Positions 20,494 through 30,177 of a DNA stretch of 64,000 bases are shown here, one piece after another. Source of the stretch: Candidatus Aenigmatarchaeota archaeon. GTDB lineage: Archaea; Aenigmatarchaeota; Aenigmatarchaeia; QMZP01; QMZT01. Position 1 is the first letter of the stretch. Each line of letters opens with the position of its first letter. The stretch is from positions 896,001 to 960,000 of the forward strand of contig CAVSBQ010000002.1 in assembly GCA_963726265.1 (NCBI GenBank), read 5' to 3'. The notes under the pieces were generated by a model that did no database searches, was not told the origin of the DNA, and saw only the letters and a list, made by a program, of their open reading frames with translations. The position numbers were made by a program, and so were the translations under genes.

Positions 20494-22341
20494 TTAACTC
20501 CCGAACGGTTTGTACGGTTCACCGTCACCATGATAAAACTTCGAGAACATCTCGACGTAATGCAGCCTCAGCGACTGCAGGAAGCATCCCATGAGCGCGA
20601 GCATCATGTTCACGCCGTGCCCGGCAAAAAGCAGCGCGACGCCCATGAATAGGAATATTCCGCCCGCGTGGAACATGCCTTCCGCCATGCCGTTTATGAC
20701 CAGCGCCAGCTGCACGCCCGCGAGGCCGAGCGCGGCGATACGGGCGTATGAAAGCACGTTGCTCGCTAACGCCGGAATCTCTATGAGGCCCTGGTAGCTC
20801 TCGCCTATGACCAGCAGTACGACGCCGGCGAGCAGCACGTAAAGGCTGGTCATCGGCTCGATGCCCGTCGGGATCTTGAAGAACGTGTCCAGCAGGTAAA
20901 GTATGCCGCCCGTCTCCAGGATGAACCAGCTGACCTTGCCCAGCGCATGCTTCAGCTTTCGCTCTCGTAACGCGTTAACTAACGCCATGCCGATGCCCAG
21001 GTTGAGGTGCACGATGCCTATTATGAGGGCTATGGGCAGCATCGCGCCTATGCCCTCGGCCCTGAATATCATCGGATGGAGCGCGATCCCGGCTATCTCT
21101 TCGAAGCCGAAGAACTCCCCGAACACGAAGCCGAAGAACACGCTCACGAGCGATGAAATCATGAGGACCGATGCGACCGAGCGCATCTTCTTCATCTTGA
21201 ACCTGATGAACGCGAAGCCGGCGAAGAGGACGAGGCCGTAGCCTATGTCGCCCATCATTATGCCGAATATTATCGGGTAAGTGAGGAAAAGCAGGAATGT
21301 CGGGTCAAGCTCCTTGTAGCTTGGCAGGGAATACAAACGCAGGAAGAATTCGAACGGCTTCACCGGGCCCTTGTTTTTCAGCAGTATGGGCGCCTCTTCA
21401 TGCTCGCCGACTTCCTCGGCGTTGTAATACAGGTTGTCCGTCAGGCTGGCGAGCCGCTTTTCGAGCGCCGCTTCCTTGCCTTTCGGCAGCCATCCCTGGA
21501 TGACGAAGCTGTGCCTGCTCACCGCGAACTTGAGCGGCGCCTCGGACTTGCGTATTTCTGCGGTGAGCATGTCCTCGATGCCGAGCAGCTTTCCTCCGTT
21601 CTCTTTAGTGACGCTTTCGAATTCCGTCTTCAGCTCCTGCGCCCTCTTCTCGAGCGCCTTCACCTCTTTCCTGAAAGCCTCGACTTCGTCCGCGACGGTC
21701 GCAGTCTTCCACTCCATCTCCATGTCGAGCCTGGTGAAGCCCGAGGCCGTGAGCGCGGCTTTCGTTTTCTCCGAATCCTTCTTCCTGAAAAAAATGATGA
21801 GCGGCAATCCCTTCTCCGTTTTGTCGTCCGCGCTTGCCATGAGCTCGAAGTCGGTCCTGCCCAGCTTTTCCTTCAGGATTACAATGTCGGGAACAAAGCC
21901 CCCGGCGACATCGAGCGTTCCATACCCCCTGAGCACGTCGAACTTCTTGACCTTCAGCCCGGCCAGGAAGCCGAGCAGCTCTCCCTTCCTCTCGCCCGCC
22001 TTCAGCGCGGCCTCCGCCGCCTTCATCCCGGACGTGAGTCTGCCGACCTCCTGCTGGAAGCCGTTCAGGAAACTTTCCGCCTCGGCCAGGTCCGTTTCGA
22101 CCTTCGCTTTCAGCACGCCCTTCGTGTTCAGCTGCGCCTTTATGGCATTAAGCGTGAGAAGCAGCTCGGATATCTTTTCCGCGTTCTCAAGAGGCGAGCC
22201 TATCGGATAATGGTCCTTTTCCTTGGGGATGTAGTCCTTGAGATGCAGCACGCCCGCGTCGTAAAGCGTCTTCACGGCGTCCTTCAGGTAGGCCTTATGC
22301 GCGACCACTGTTACCCTGCACATCTCCCTAGGCACAAGCAT
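20494..22341 (-). CDS. atpI: A-type ATP synthase subunit I (a)
   Basis: FGIMMGDIGYG, SNVLSYAR, LRLHYVEMFSKFY. Confidence 0.95.
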   Translation of the reverse strand: MLVPREMCRVTVVAHKAYLKDAVKTLYDAGVLHLKDYIPKEKDHYPIGSPLENAEKISELLLTLNAIKAQLNTKGVLKAKVETDLAEAESFLNGFQQEVGRLTSGMKAAEAALKAGERKGELLGFLAGLKVKKFDVLRGYGTLDVAGGFVPDIVILKEKLGRTDFELMASADDKTEKGLPLIIFFRKKDSEKTKAALTASGFTRLDMEMEWKTATVADEVEAFRKEVKALEKRAQELKTEFESVTKENGGKLLGIEDMLTAEIRKSEAPLKFAVSRHSFVIQGWLPKGKEAALEKRLASLTDNLYYNAEEVGEHEEAPILLKNKGPVKPFEFFLRLYSLPSYKELDPTFLLFLTYPIIFGIMMGDIGYGLVLFAGFAFIRFKMKKMRSVASVLMISSLVSVFFGFVFGEFFGFEEIAGIALHPMIFRAEGIGAMLPIALIIGIVHLNLGIGMALVNALRERKLKHALGKVSWFILETGGILYLLDTFFKIPTGIEPMTSLYVLLAGVVLLVIGESYQGLIEIPALASNVLSYARIAALGLAGVQLALVINGMAEGMFHAGGIFLFMGVALLFAGHGVNMMLALMGCFLQSLRLHYVEMFSKFYHGDGEPYKPFGS

Positions 22342-22345
22342 TGTT

Positions 22346-22669
22346 TCATTCACCCAAAAACACGCGGAACTCCTTCTTCAGGCTCTCCACGGCCTTCTCG
22401 ACTTTCCTGCCCGCGTCCTTCCTGACCTTCTCCATCTCCCCCTTCCTTTCCCCGAAAAAGCGTTCCCTCTCCCTCTCGCTCCTCTCTTCGAACTGCCTGA
22501 GCTCGGCCTCCATCTCCTTCTTGAGCTTATCTAGCTCCTTCTCCTCGAAGAGCCTTGCGTTCTTCCCCATGTCCAGAATTATCTCAGCCTTCTGCCTTTC
22601 CGCCTTCTCGAGCGTCCTGTTGGCGTCTTTCTCGGCCTTCTTTATCTCGTCAAACATATCCGGATTCAT
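22346..22669 (-). CDS. atpH: A-type ATP synthase subunit H (G-like)
   Basis: EIKKAE charged coiled coil; first gene of operon. Confidence 0.75.
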   Translation of the reverse strand: MNPDMFDEIKKAEKDANRTLEKAERQKAEIILDMGKNARLFEEKELDKLKKEMEAELRQFEERSERERERFFGERKGEMEKVRKDAGRKVEKAVESLKKEFRVFLGE

Positions 22670-22952
22670 AGTTACCCAACCTCTCTGCGGCTTCGCCGCT
22701 TGTTTTGAATATGTCGTTTTTCACATTGATTTTTTCATTGAATTTGAATATGTTCCAGGCGTTCCAGGCCCCAATCACGGTTTAACCGTTATTAATATCA
22801 TTAGAGCGCCTCATTCTAAAGAGATTTATATTATATAGAATAAATATAAAGGTTTTGTTTTCCACGCGTTTTCCACGCACGGTTTTCGCTGGAAATCCTT
22901 CGGATGAAAACAAACCTTATAATTTTTGCATCCATAATTTCTAGGTGGGGTC

Positions 22953-24161
22953 ATGACTTCTCCGGCCAGGCTGTGCATAGTGTGCAAGGGCTCGAGGAAG
23001 CTCTGCGGCTGGCGCACGTGCCCGCTCTACTCGAGGATGCGCATCGCGCCCCAGATACAGGCCTCGCTGAAGAAGGATTTCTTCGGGCCATCGACTTCGG
23101 TATTCGTGGGCCATAATTTCTATCCCGACGTCTATGCCGGGCCGATGGCCGCGCTCGACCCGGCAAACACGAACATCGGGATAATCGACTCACCCCAGGA
23201 ATGGTTCGGCAGGCCATACGGCGACATCCTGCAGTTCAGGTCGCTTCTCCTCCGCTCACAGTTCAGGGAGAACGTTTTCTCCCGCTCGAAATTCGTCGAG
23301 CAGAACCAGGAGCTCGCGCTCGCTGCGAAGCCGACGGATGTCGAAATCACGTTCAAGAACGTGCCCAAGCTCTCGTTCGAATTCTCCGACATCATCCATC
23401 CCATGGGTCCGTCCGGGACGATGGACAAGTTCAAGGTCATCGGCAATCCCAGGATACCGCGCAACGTGGAGAAGGTCGTGGCTGACGAGCTCAAGACCAC
23501 GGAAGCCGCGTTCACCCTTTACAGCGGCGGCGTCGACATCTACAAGCTCATTACCATCCTCTCGTCCGGCATCTTCGGTATGCGCGAACGGCGCAAGATG
23601 GTCCCGACGCGCTGGAGCATAACCGCGACGCATTCAATGCTGGCGAACCAGCTGCTCGACAAAATCAGGCAATATCCGTCCATAAGCGATTACCGGGTCT
23701 ACTCGAGCGAATACCTGGACAACCATTACGAAATCCTGCTGATGCCCGGCAACTGGGAATACGAGAATTTCGAGTGCTGGTCGCCGGGGTCGTACTGGGC
23801 GCAGCAGCTGAAAGCGCCGGAGATAACCGAGGAATACGAGCCCTTCGGAGGCCGCAGCAGTTACGCTTCGGAACAGGGCGGCGGCTTCTATGCCAACCGC
23901 CTCGGCCTCGCCGAGGGTCTGGAGCAGATGCGCAGGCAGGCGAGATGCGTCATCTTCCGCGAAATCCACCAGGGCTATACCATCCCCGTCGGGGTCTGGC
24001 AGTGTCTGGAAAACACGAGAAACGCCTTCCGCCAGCAACCGGCGAAGTTCGCGACCATGAAGGAAGCGCTGGCCCACATAAGCACGAAACTCAAGACGCC
24101 GGTTTACGAATACGCCAGGCAGAGCATCATCCTCAAGCAGCGACGGCTAGGTGATTTCTGA
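22953..24161 (+). CDS. nreA: Nre family DNA repair protein
   Basis: CIVCKG..LCG..CP, LVPTRWSITA-like motif, C-terminal PIP box QRRLGDF. Confidence 0.92.
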   Translation: MTSPARLCIVCKGSRKLCGWRTCPLYSRMRIAPQIQASLKKDFFGPSTSVFVGHNFYPDVYAGPMAALDPANTNIGIIDSPQEWFGRPYGDILQFRSLLLRSQFRENVFSRSKFVEQNQELALAAKPTDVEITFKNVPKLSFEFSDIIHPMGPSGTMDKFKVIGNPRIPRNVEKVVADELKTTEAAFTLYSGGVDIYKLITILSSGIFGMRERRKMVPTRWSITATHSMLANQLLDKIRQYPSISDYRVYSSEYLDNHYEILLMPGNWEYENFECWSPGSYWAQQLKAPEITEEYEPFGGRSSYASEQGGGFYANRLGLAEGLEQMRRQARCVIFREIHQGYTIPVGVWQCLENTRNAFRQQPAKFATMKEALAHISTKLKTPVYEYARQSIILKQRRLGDF

Positions 24162-24162
24162 G

Positions 24163-24441
24163 TTATTCCTTTGATTTTTTCCATATATCAAGAAAATTAG
24201 GCGTTTCTTTTTTTATTTGTGCTCTGCTGTTTGCTAAAGAAATCTCCGCAATAATTCTAGCTTCTTCTGGTTCATGACCTTGACTGACAAGTGCTGGATG
24301 AAGATGATTGTAGGCGTAGTCTCGCGCTTTTGCAATTTCTAACCCGGCCCTTAACGTTTCATTGGTATAAGTTTGCATTGCTTTTGACCATTTCACATCT
24401 TCCTTCAATTTTGTTATTTCAGATTTATAATCATCCGCCAT
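24163..24441 (-). CDS. AT-rich hypothetical protein
   Basis: 92-aa ORF convergent on nreA. Confidence 0.6.
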   Translation of the reverse strand: MADDYKSEITKLKEDVKWSKAMQTYTNETLRAGLEIAKARDYAYNHLHPALVSQGHEPEEARIIAEISLANSRAQIKKETPNFLDIWKKSKE

Positions 24442-24545
24442 ACTTTAACGTTCGTAAAAAGCTTTAAAAATCACATTCAAGTGATTTTTTATCACAGCAT
24501 GTTTAAACCGAATTTATATTCCATTCCTGCCAAATTATATACTGA

Positions 24546-25328
24546 ATGATGCCGAAAAAACTGCTTTTGCTTATTGCACTGACTATAACTACTGTTGTAG
24601 GAATGCTACTGCAGACGTCAGACAGCCCTTCTTTGATCAGATACCTGTTCGCTGGCACAGGACTGATTTTTATCCCGATCATCTCGGCATGGATTGGTAT
24701 TGATGGCGCAAGGGCCTTTACCTTCAAGAGCGTCTTCGGCAAGTCATTGCTGTTCATTTCACTTGGTGTGTTAGCATGGGGACTGGGTGATGTTGCATTT
24801 TTTTATTACAACATATCGGGTACAGAAGTTCCGTATCCTTCCTTGGCTGATGTCGGATACATTGCACTGATTCCTCTTGTGAGTTATGGCGTGTTTTTGC
24901 TTCTGAAAGGCGTTAAAATGAAACTGGATGCTAAAACCATTTTCAAGATTCTGATATCGCCGATATTAGTTTTATTGGTCATATTCCCGTTTTTCATTTA
25001 TGGAAAGCTGGCCGAGGATGTGGATCTGCTCACGAAAACCCTCAATGTCCTTTACCCCGTGGGCGATGTCTTGTTCTTGTCGTTTGCTCTGATAATAATA
25101 ACCCTTACTTATGGCAGTGTTCTGTTCAAATCGCTTCGCATAATCAGTTTGGGCTTCATAATAGAAGCTATGGCAGATTTTTCATTCTCTTATGCTACCG
25201 CTGCTGGCATTTATTACACGTCAAGTTGGGATGATGTCTTATTTGCCCTAGCGTTCTTTACCATAGGCTTCGGGATGTATTACATGTCGAAAAGCCTGAA
25301 AGAGCCTGCCAAAAAGCAGAGTGCCTAG
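24546..25328 (+). CDS. polytopic membrane protein resembling stand-alone membrane sensor domain
   Basis: About 7-8 TM helices; PYPSLADVGY and YPVGD motifs recalled from N-terminal membrane domains of GGDEF/kinase sensors. Confidence 0.7.
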   Translation: MMPKKLLLLIALTITTVVGMLLQTSDSPSLIRYLFAGTGLIFIPIISAWIGIDGARAFTFKSVFGKSLLFISLGVLAWGLGDVAFFYYNISGTEVPYPSLADVGYIALIPLVSYGVFLLLKGVKMKLDAKTIFKILISPILVLLVIFPFFIYGKLAEDVDLLTKTLNVLYPVGDVLFLSFALIIITLTYGSVLFKSLRIISLGFIIEAMADFSFSYATAAGIYYTSSWDDVLFALAFFTIGFGMYYMSKSLKEPAKKQSA

Positions 25329-25436
25329 ATTTTTATCGGGTAACAGGTGCTTGAGGAGTTTTAGGTTTTATAATCAGCCTGATTATATTTTAATTGTGAG
25401 GGAAACCGCAGGCAAAAATTACAGGGTGAGATAAAC

Positions 25437-25805
25437 ATGGGAGACAGGATAAAAACCAAGAACGGCGAGGTATGGGTGGAAGGCGAAATCCTGATGATGA
25501 AGATGTCAGGCGAGATAGAAGAGGATGAGATGAAAGAGATTGCGAGAATTAACATGGACATGATCAAGAAATTCAAATTGAAATACGTCCTGGTGGTTTC
25601 GGATGTCACGAAAACGTCTTTCGACGCAAGGCAGATGGCATCCAATTTTAACCTGGACCCGATAAAAAAAATAGCCATGATATGCAAAAACCCCGTGACC
25701 AGGATCATCGCCTCGTTCTTCATGCGAAAATATGCGTTAACGATACCGACCAAGCTTTTCTCCGATACCGAGGAAGCCAAGAAATGGTTAAGGGAGGGAA
25801 AGTGA
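25437..25805 (+). CDS. STAS/SEC14 (SpoIIAA-like) domain protein, copy 1
   Basis: KIAMIC.NPVTR, KLFSDTEEAKKWL terminal motif. Confidence 0.75.
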   Translation: MGDRIKTKNGEVWVEGEILMMKMSGEIEEDEMKEIARINMDMIKKFKLKYVLVVSDVTKTSFDARQMASNFNLDPIKKIAMICKNPVTRIIASFFMRKYALTIPTKLFSDTEEAKKWLREGK

Positions 25806-25806
25806 C

Positions 25807-26181
25807 ATGGAAAAAGTAAAGTTAAAAAACAGCGAAGTATGGGTGGATGGAGATATACTCATGATTAAAATGTCGGGCGAGGCGACGTATGAAGAGATGG
25901 ACGAAATCACGAACGCGAGCGCGGACCTGGTCAAAAAATTCAAACTGAAATACATCCTGGTGGACTCGGACGTCAGAAAGATGTCCTTGAGCGCGAGAAA
26001 AAAGAATTTCACTTACGTGGGAGCAGTAACAGTGGAAAAAATAGCCTTCATCTGCGCCAATCCGGTGACCCGAGCCATTGCCATGTTTTTAGTTAGGGGA
26101 TACAAATTGGAGATACCGGTCAGGCTTTTCTCGAATGCCGAAGATGCCAAGAAATGGTTCAGTGAGGAGAAAAAGGCATGA
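25807..26181 (+). CDS. STAS/SEC14 (SpoIIAA-like) domain protein, copy 2
   Basis: Tandem paralog of previous gene; RLFSNAEDAKKWF. Confidence 0.75.
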   Translation: MEKVKLKNSEVWVDGDILMIKMSGEATYEEMDEITNASADLVKKFKLKYILVDSDVRKMSLSARKKNFTYVGAVTVEKIAFICANPVTRAIAMFLVRGYKLEIPVRLFSNAEDAKKWFSEEKKA

Positions 26182-26498
26182 AAGGAACGGAATCCGCAAC
26201 GAGCGACATCGGGAAAAGGATAAACGAAATCCTCGACGTGCTCCAGAAGGCGGCAGCCGGCGACCTGAACGTCTCCGCCCCGATCAGCGAAAAGACGGAT
26301 GAGCTGGATGCGCTGGCGGCAGGCATAAACATGATGATAGAAGAGGTGAGGGAAAGGACCAAGGAGCTGGAACAGAAGAACGAGGAGCTCGCGAAGTTCA
26401 ACAAAATGGCGGTCGGCAGGGAGCTGAAGATGATCGAGCTGAAAAAAAGGGTCGGGGAGCTGGAAAACCTGCTGCATGAACATGGCATCAAACCGTAG
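26178..26498 (+). CDS. HAMP domain + coiled-coil protein (GRELKM motif)
   Basis: AAGDLNV...DELDALAAGINMM HAMP signature, then FNKMAVGRELKMIELKKRV. Confidence 0.75.
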   Translation: MKGTESATSDIGKRINEILDVLQKAAAGDLNVSAPISEKTDELDALAAGINMMIEEVRERTKELEQKNEELAKFNKMAVGRELKMIELKKRVGELENLLHEHGIKP

Positions 26499-26548
26499 CA
26501 GCTGCGCCGCGGCGAGACTGTTTTTATTCTAAGCAGTAAGATATTATC

Positions 26549-27361
26549 ATGCGCAAAGGAACGCCAGAAGCTGGAAAGCGCAGGATGCGCATAGTCCTTG
26601 CTTACCTGCGCAAAAAATACGGTGCTGAGGTCGATACTTCGATTCTGAAGAAGAGGAGCGATTTGTTCCGCCTTCTCATCTCGACCGTCCTCTCGCAGCG
26701 CGCGAAGGATGAGACGACCGAGATCGTGAGCGAGCGCCTGTTCTCGGTCGTGACCACACCCGAAGATATCCTGAAGCTCGGCCGCAGCAGGCTCGAAGCC
26801 CTCATTCGTCCTTCAGGCCCTTTCAGGCAGAAGGCGAGGAAGATAACCGAGATTTCGAAAGCGCTGGAGCGCGATTACAAAAATTCATTCCCGCGCACGC
26901 GCGAGGAGCTGATGGCGCTCCATGGCGTCGGGCCGAAGACCGCGGACATCGTCCTTTCGTACGGCTACGGCATTCCAGTCATCGCTGTCGACGTCCATGT
27001 CGAAGTTTGTTCGAAACGACTGGGATTCGCGAGGGCGAAGGCGAAATACGAGGAGATTCGCGCGAACCTCGAGAAACTCGTGCCCGAAAACGAGCGCTTC
27101 ATCGTCAACCTCGGCCTCGTGAATTTCGGCAAGGCGATATGCATAACGCGGAAGCCGAAATGCGAGATATGCGGCCTGAGAAGGGTATGCAGTTATTATG
27201 TTTCAAACAAAAATCTAAATCAGGCACGCAAAAATAAAATAAGGCGGGAGCATGGCCTACAGGGAAAGGAATTATCCGTTCACGAAGTCGCTGACGTTCT
27301 ACATCATAGCCCTGACTGTCCTGGTCTGGGCCGCTCAATTCGCCGCCTATCCGCTGGTTGA
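26549..27361 (+). CDS. nth: endonuclease III (true stop probably near 27217)
   Basis: HhH GVGPKTAD, VDVHV, C-X6-C-X2-C-X5-C cluster; removing one A from the run near 27210 gives a stop and removes the overlap with the rhomboid gene. Confidence 0.92.
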   Translation: MRKGTPEAGKRRMRIVLAYLRKKYGAEVDTSILKKRSDLFRLLISTVLSQRAKDETTEIVSERLFSVVTTPEDILKLGRSRLEALIRPSGPFRQKARKITEISKALERDYKNSFPRTREELMALHGVGPKTADIVLSYGYGIPVIAVDVHVEVCSKRLGFARAKAKYEEIRANLEKLVPENERFIVNLGLVNFGKAICITRKPKCEICGLRRVCSYYVSNKNLNQARKNKIRREHGLQGKELSVHEVADVLHHSPDCPGLGRSIRRLSAG

Positions 27362-27935
27362 CGACGCCTTCTCGCTGGACGCAGGCTCGGTCAGCGCGGG
27401 CAATGCATACCAGCTCGTCACCTACATGTTCCTGCATGCCACCTATGTCGAAACCGCATCTGGTGGAATCACAATTTATCCAATACATATAGCCATGAAC
27501 ATGTTCGTGCTCGCGATATTCGGCTTCCCGCTTGAGCGGACGCTCGGCAGAAAGAAATTCGTAACAGTTTATTTCCTTTCCGGCATAGGCTCGGCGCTGT
27601 TCTACATCTTCATGATGCCTGTGCTCGCCGGCGTAACCGGCGGAAGCCTTATAGGAGCGTCGGGCGCGGTCTTTGGCTTGCTCGCAGCCTACGCGTTCAA
27701 ATACCCGAAGGCATGGGTCTACATGTTCGGCCTGGTCCCGATGCCTGCGGCTCTCATGCTGTTTTTCCTTTTAGTCGAAGAGGCGTTCCTCGGCGTAATG
27801 AGCCTGCAGCCGGGCGTCGCGAATTTCGGCCACGTGGGCGGCATAATAAGCGGCCTGCTCGTCATGGCAATATGGAAGCTCACCAGCCGCGAAAAGAAGT
27901 TCGGCGACGCGGGCTTCGAGTATGTCTGGGAGTAG
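27252..27935 (+). CDS. rhomboid family intramembrane serine protease
   Basis: TYMFLH, HIAMNM, GASGAVFG, GHVGG. Confidence 0.93.
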   Translation: MAYRERNYPFTKSLTFYIIALTVLVWAAQFAAYPLVDDAFSLDAGSVSAGNAYQLVTYMFLHATYVETASGGITIYPIHIAMNMFVLAIFGFPLERTLGRKKFVTVYFLSGIGSALFYIFMMPVLAGVTGGSLIGASGAVFGLLAAYAFKYPKAWVYMFGLVPMPAALMLFFLLVEEAFLGVMSLQPGVANFGHVGGIISGLLVMAIWKLTSREKKFGDAGFEYVWE

Positions 27936-27987
27936 CGCAAAAAGGAAAACGGGAAAGGCTAATAAATCACGGATTGAAAAGTATAGC

Positions 27988-28683
27988 ATGAAACTTACAT
28001 ATGCAATTCTGTCGGTTCTGGTGGTCGCGTCGGTTCTTGCGAGCGGCTGCGTCCAGCAGGGCGCTCCGGGAGGCGCAGATACGAACGGCGGAACAGGCGG
28101 ACAGCAGAACCCGCCGCTTTTTGGCGGGACGCCAAGCGGCCCCAAGCCGGGTGACTGGTCAACAGTCGCCATGACGACGACGAGCGCGAAGGCGATCGAG
28201 TTCACCTACAAGAGCGTCGAGGTTACGCTCGGCAGCGTGGCGTACACGGGCATAGAGACGGAGACTGACACGAGCAACACCTTGATTATGTGGGAAAGGG
28301 GCAAGGAGACCAGCGGAGGCAAGATGTATTCGCTCAGCAAGGTCGGGCAGCTTACGCTCTGCAACGTCATAACGACCGAGCCAACGAATATGCCGGGCAC
28401 TAAGGACCCGTATGCAAACGGCGCCGAGGGCGTAACGTCGCTGGGGACGGGGACGTACACCACTCCGACCAGCAAGACGGTCAGCGTGAACAAATACAGA
28501 TACAGCAAGGAAGGCGTGACGGGCGAATACTGGTACAGCAGCGAGGTCCCGTTCGTGATTGTCAAAAGCGACCTGAACATGACCGTCGTCGGCAGGGAAG
28601 TCAACACGAAGATGGAGCTCCAGGACTTCGGCACGGGCGCGACATCCACATTCGCGGAGAAGGACTTCGAGAAGTGCGAGTGA
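27988..28683 (+). CDS. putative lipoprotein
   Basis: Signal peptide ending LASGC, Gly/Pro linker, beta-rich domain. Confidence 0.7.
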   Translation: MKLTYAILSVLVVASVLASGCVQQGAPGGADTNGGTGGQQNPPLFGGTPSGPKPGDWSTVAMTTTSAKAIEFTYKSVEVTLGSVAYTGIETETDTSNTLIMWERGKETSGGKMYSLSKVGQLTLCNVITTEPTNMPGTKDPYANGAEGVTSLGTGTYTTPTSKTVSVNKYRYSKEGVTGEYWYSSEVPFVIVKSDLNMTVVGREVNTKMELQDFGTGATSTFAEKDFEKCE

Positions 28684-28803
28684 TTTCCCCCCTTTTCGTT
28701 CTTTGACGGATGGTTAGCCGAAGCTATTTAAAACAAAAACTGGGTAATTGAGTATTATACAACTTCGTGTATCATATCTCATCTTTGTACGGGTGGTGGT
28801 GTC

Positions 28804-30007
28804 ATGAAAAAAATAATTCCTGCCGAGAGGGCGGGCAAGGTCACTTACGCGATTCGCGACGTCGTGGTCGAGGCGAACAAGCTCAAGGCACAGGGGCATG
28901 AAGGTCCTGAACCTCAACATCGGCGATCCCAACGTCTACGACTTCGTTACCCCGCGGCACATAATAGAGGCCGTGGAGAAGGCGATGGAAAAGAATCTCA
29001 ATGGTTATGCGGATTCGGCAGGCGTCGAGGAGGCGAGGGAGGCGGTCGTGAAAGAAGCCGCCAGGGACGGCATCAAAGGCGTGACAAAAAGCGACGTGCT
29101 GATAACCACAGGCGTCAGCGAGGGCATAGAGCTCGCGCTGAACGCCCTGCTCAACCCGGGAGAAAACGTCCTCACGCCCACGCCAGGCTATCCTGTTTAC
29201 ACGGCAGTCGTGCACAAGATAGGCGCGGCGCTGAACCAGTACAAAACGGACGAGGCGAATGGCTGGCAGCCGGACATAGACGATATTCGGAAGAAAATCA
29301 ATTCGAAAACGAAAGGCATAATCCTCATAAATCCGAACAACCCGACAGGCTCCCTTTATTCCAAGAAGACGCTGCAGGAGATAGTCGACATCGCCCGCGA
29401 ACACAACCTGCTCATATTCTCCGACGAGATATACAACAAGATTTTATTCGACGGCGAGAAGCACGTCTCGACCGCTTCACTGGCGAATGACATTCCGATT
29501 CTCACCTTCAACGGCCTCTCGAAGAACTACATCGTTCCGGGGTGGCGCGTGGGATGGATGATATTCAGCGGGCCAAGCGAGCTGCGCGCGGAATTCCAGG
29601 AGACGGTCTTCCGCCTCGCGAGGGCGAGGCTCTGTTCGCCGGGGCCTTTTCAGTATGCCGTAAAGCCGGCGCTCGAAGGGCCGCAGGACCACATACCCGA
29701 GATGAACAGGAAGCTGCAGAAGCGCCGCGACCTCATCCACAAGCGCTTCAACGAAATCGAGGGTTTCTCATGCGCGAAGCCGAAGGGCGCATTCTACGCC
29801 TTCCCGAAAATCGAGCTCGACATAAAGGACGACAAGAAGTTCATCATGGACGTCCTATACAAAAAACAGATTCTCGCCGTCTTCGGCACGGGCTTCGGCT
29901 GGGAAAAGCCGGACCATTTCAGGATCGTCTTCCTCCCGCCGCTCGAAGTCCTCGACGAATCGCTCAACAAGCTGGAAGAATACGTGAAGGAGAATTACAA
30001 GAAGTAA
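28804..30007 (+). CDS. class I/II PLP aminotransferase (AlaT-like), 1-nt indel near 28895
   Basis: TYAIRD N-terminus, LNIGDP, NPNNPTG, DEIY, SKNY..PGWRVG. Confidence 0.92.
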
Positions 30008-30177
30008 AACGTTCTTTGGTAACTACCTAGCAATGCAAAATTTCTGATATTAACAGCTTTACATTAGACATTAAACCGTTTTGTATTTGAAGTGGTTCAA
30101 TCTATTGATTTTTTGTAAAATTCAAATGAATACGAATTTTACATTTTTAAATATAATAGTTCAAATTTAATTCAATA

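Noticed and set aside
22700..22772. Short direct repeats in the ATP synthase leader (TTTGAATATGT x2, GTTCCAGGC x2)
   Set aside because: Too short to support a specific element without comparative data
25345..25364. Possible nreA tail remnant (CAG GTG CTT GAG GAG TTT TAG, QVLEEF*), and QLRRGE at about 26499
   Set aside because: Too short and divergent from QRRLGDF* to distinguish from chance
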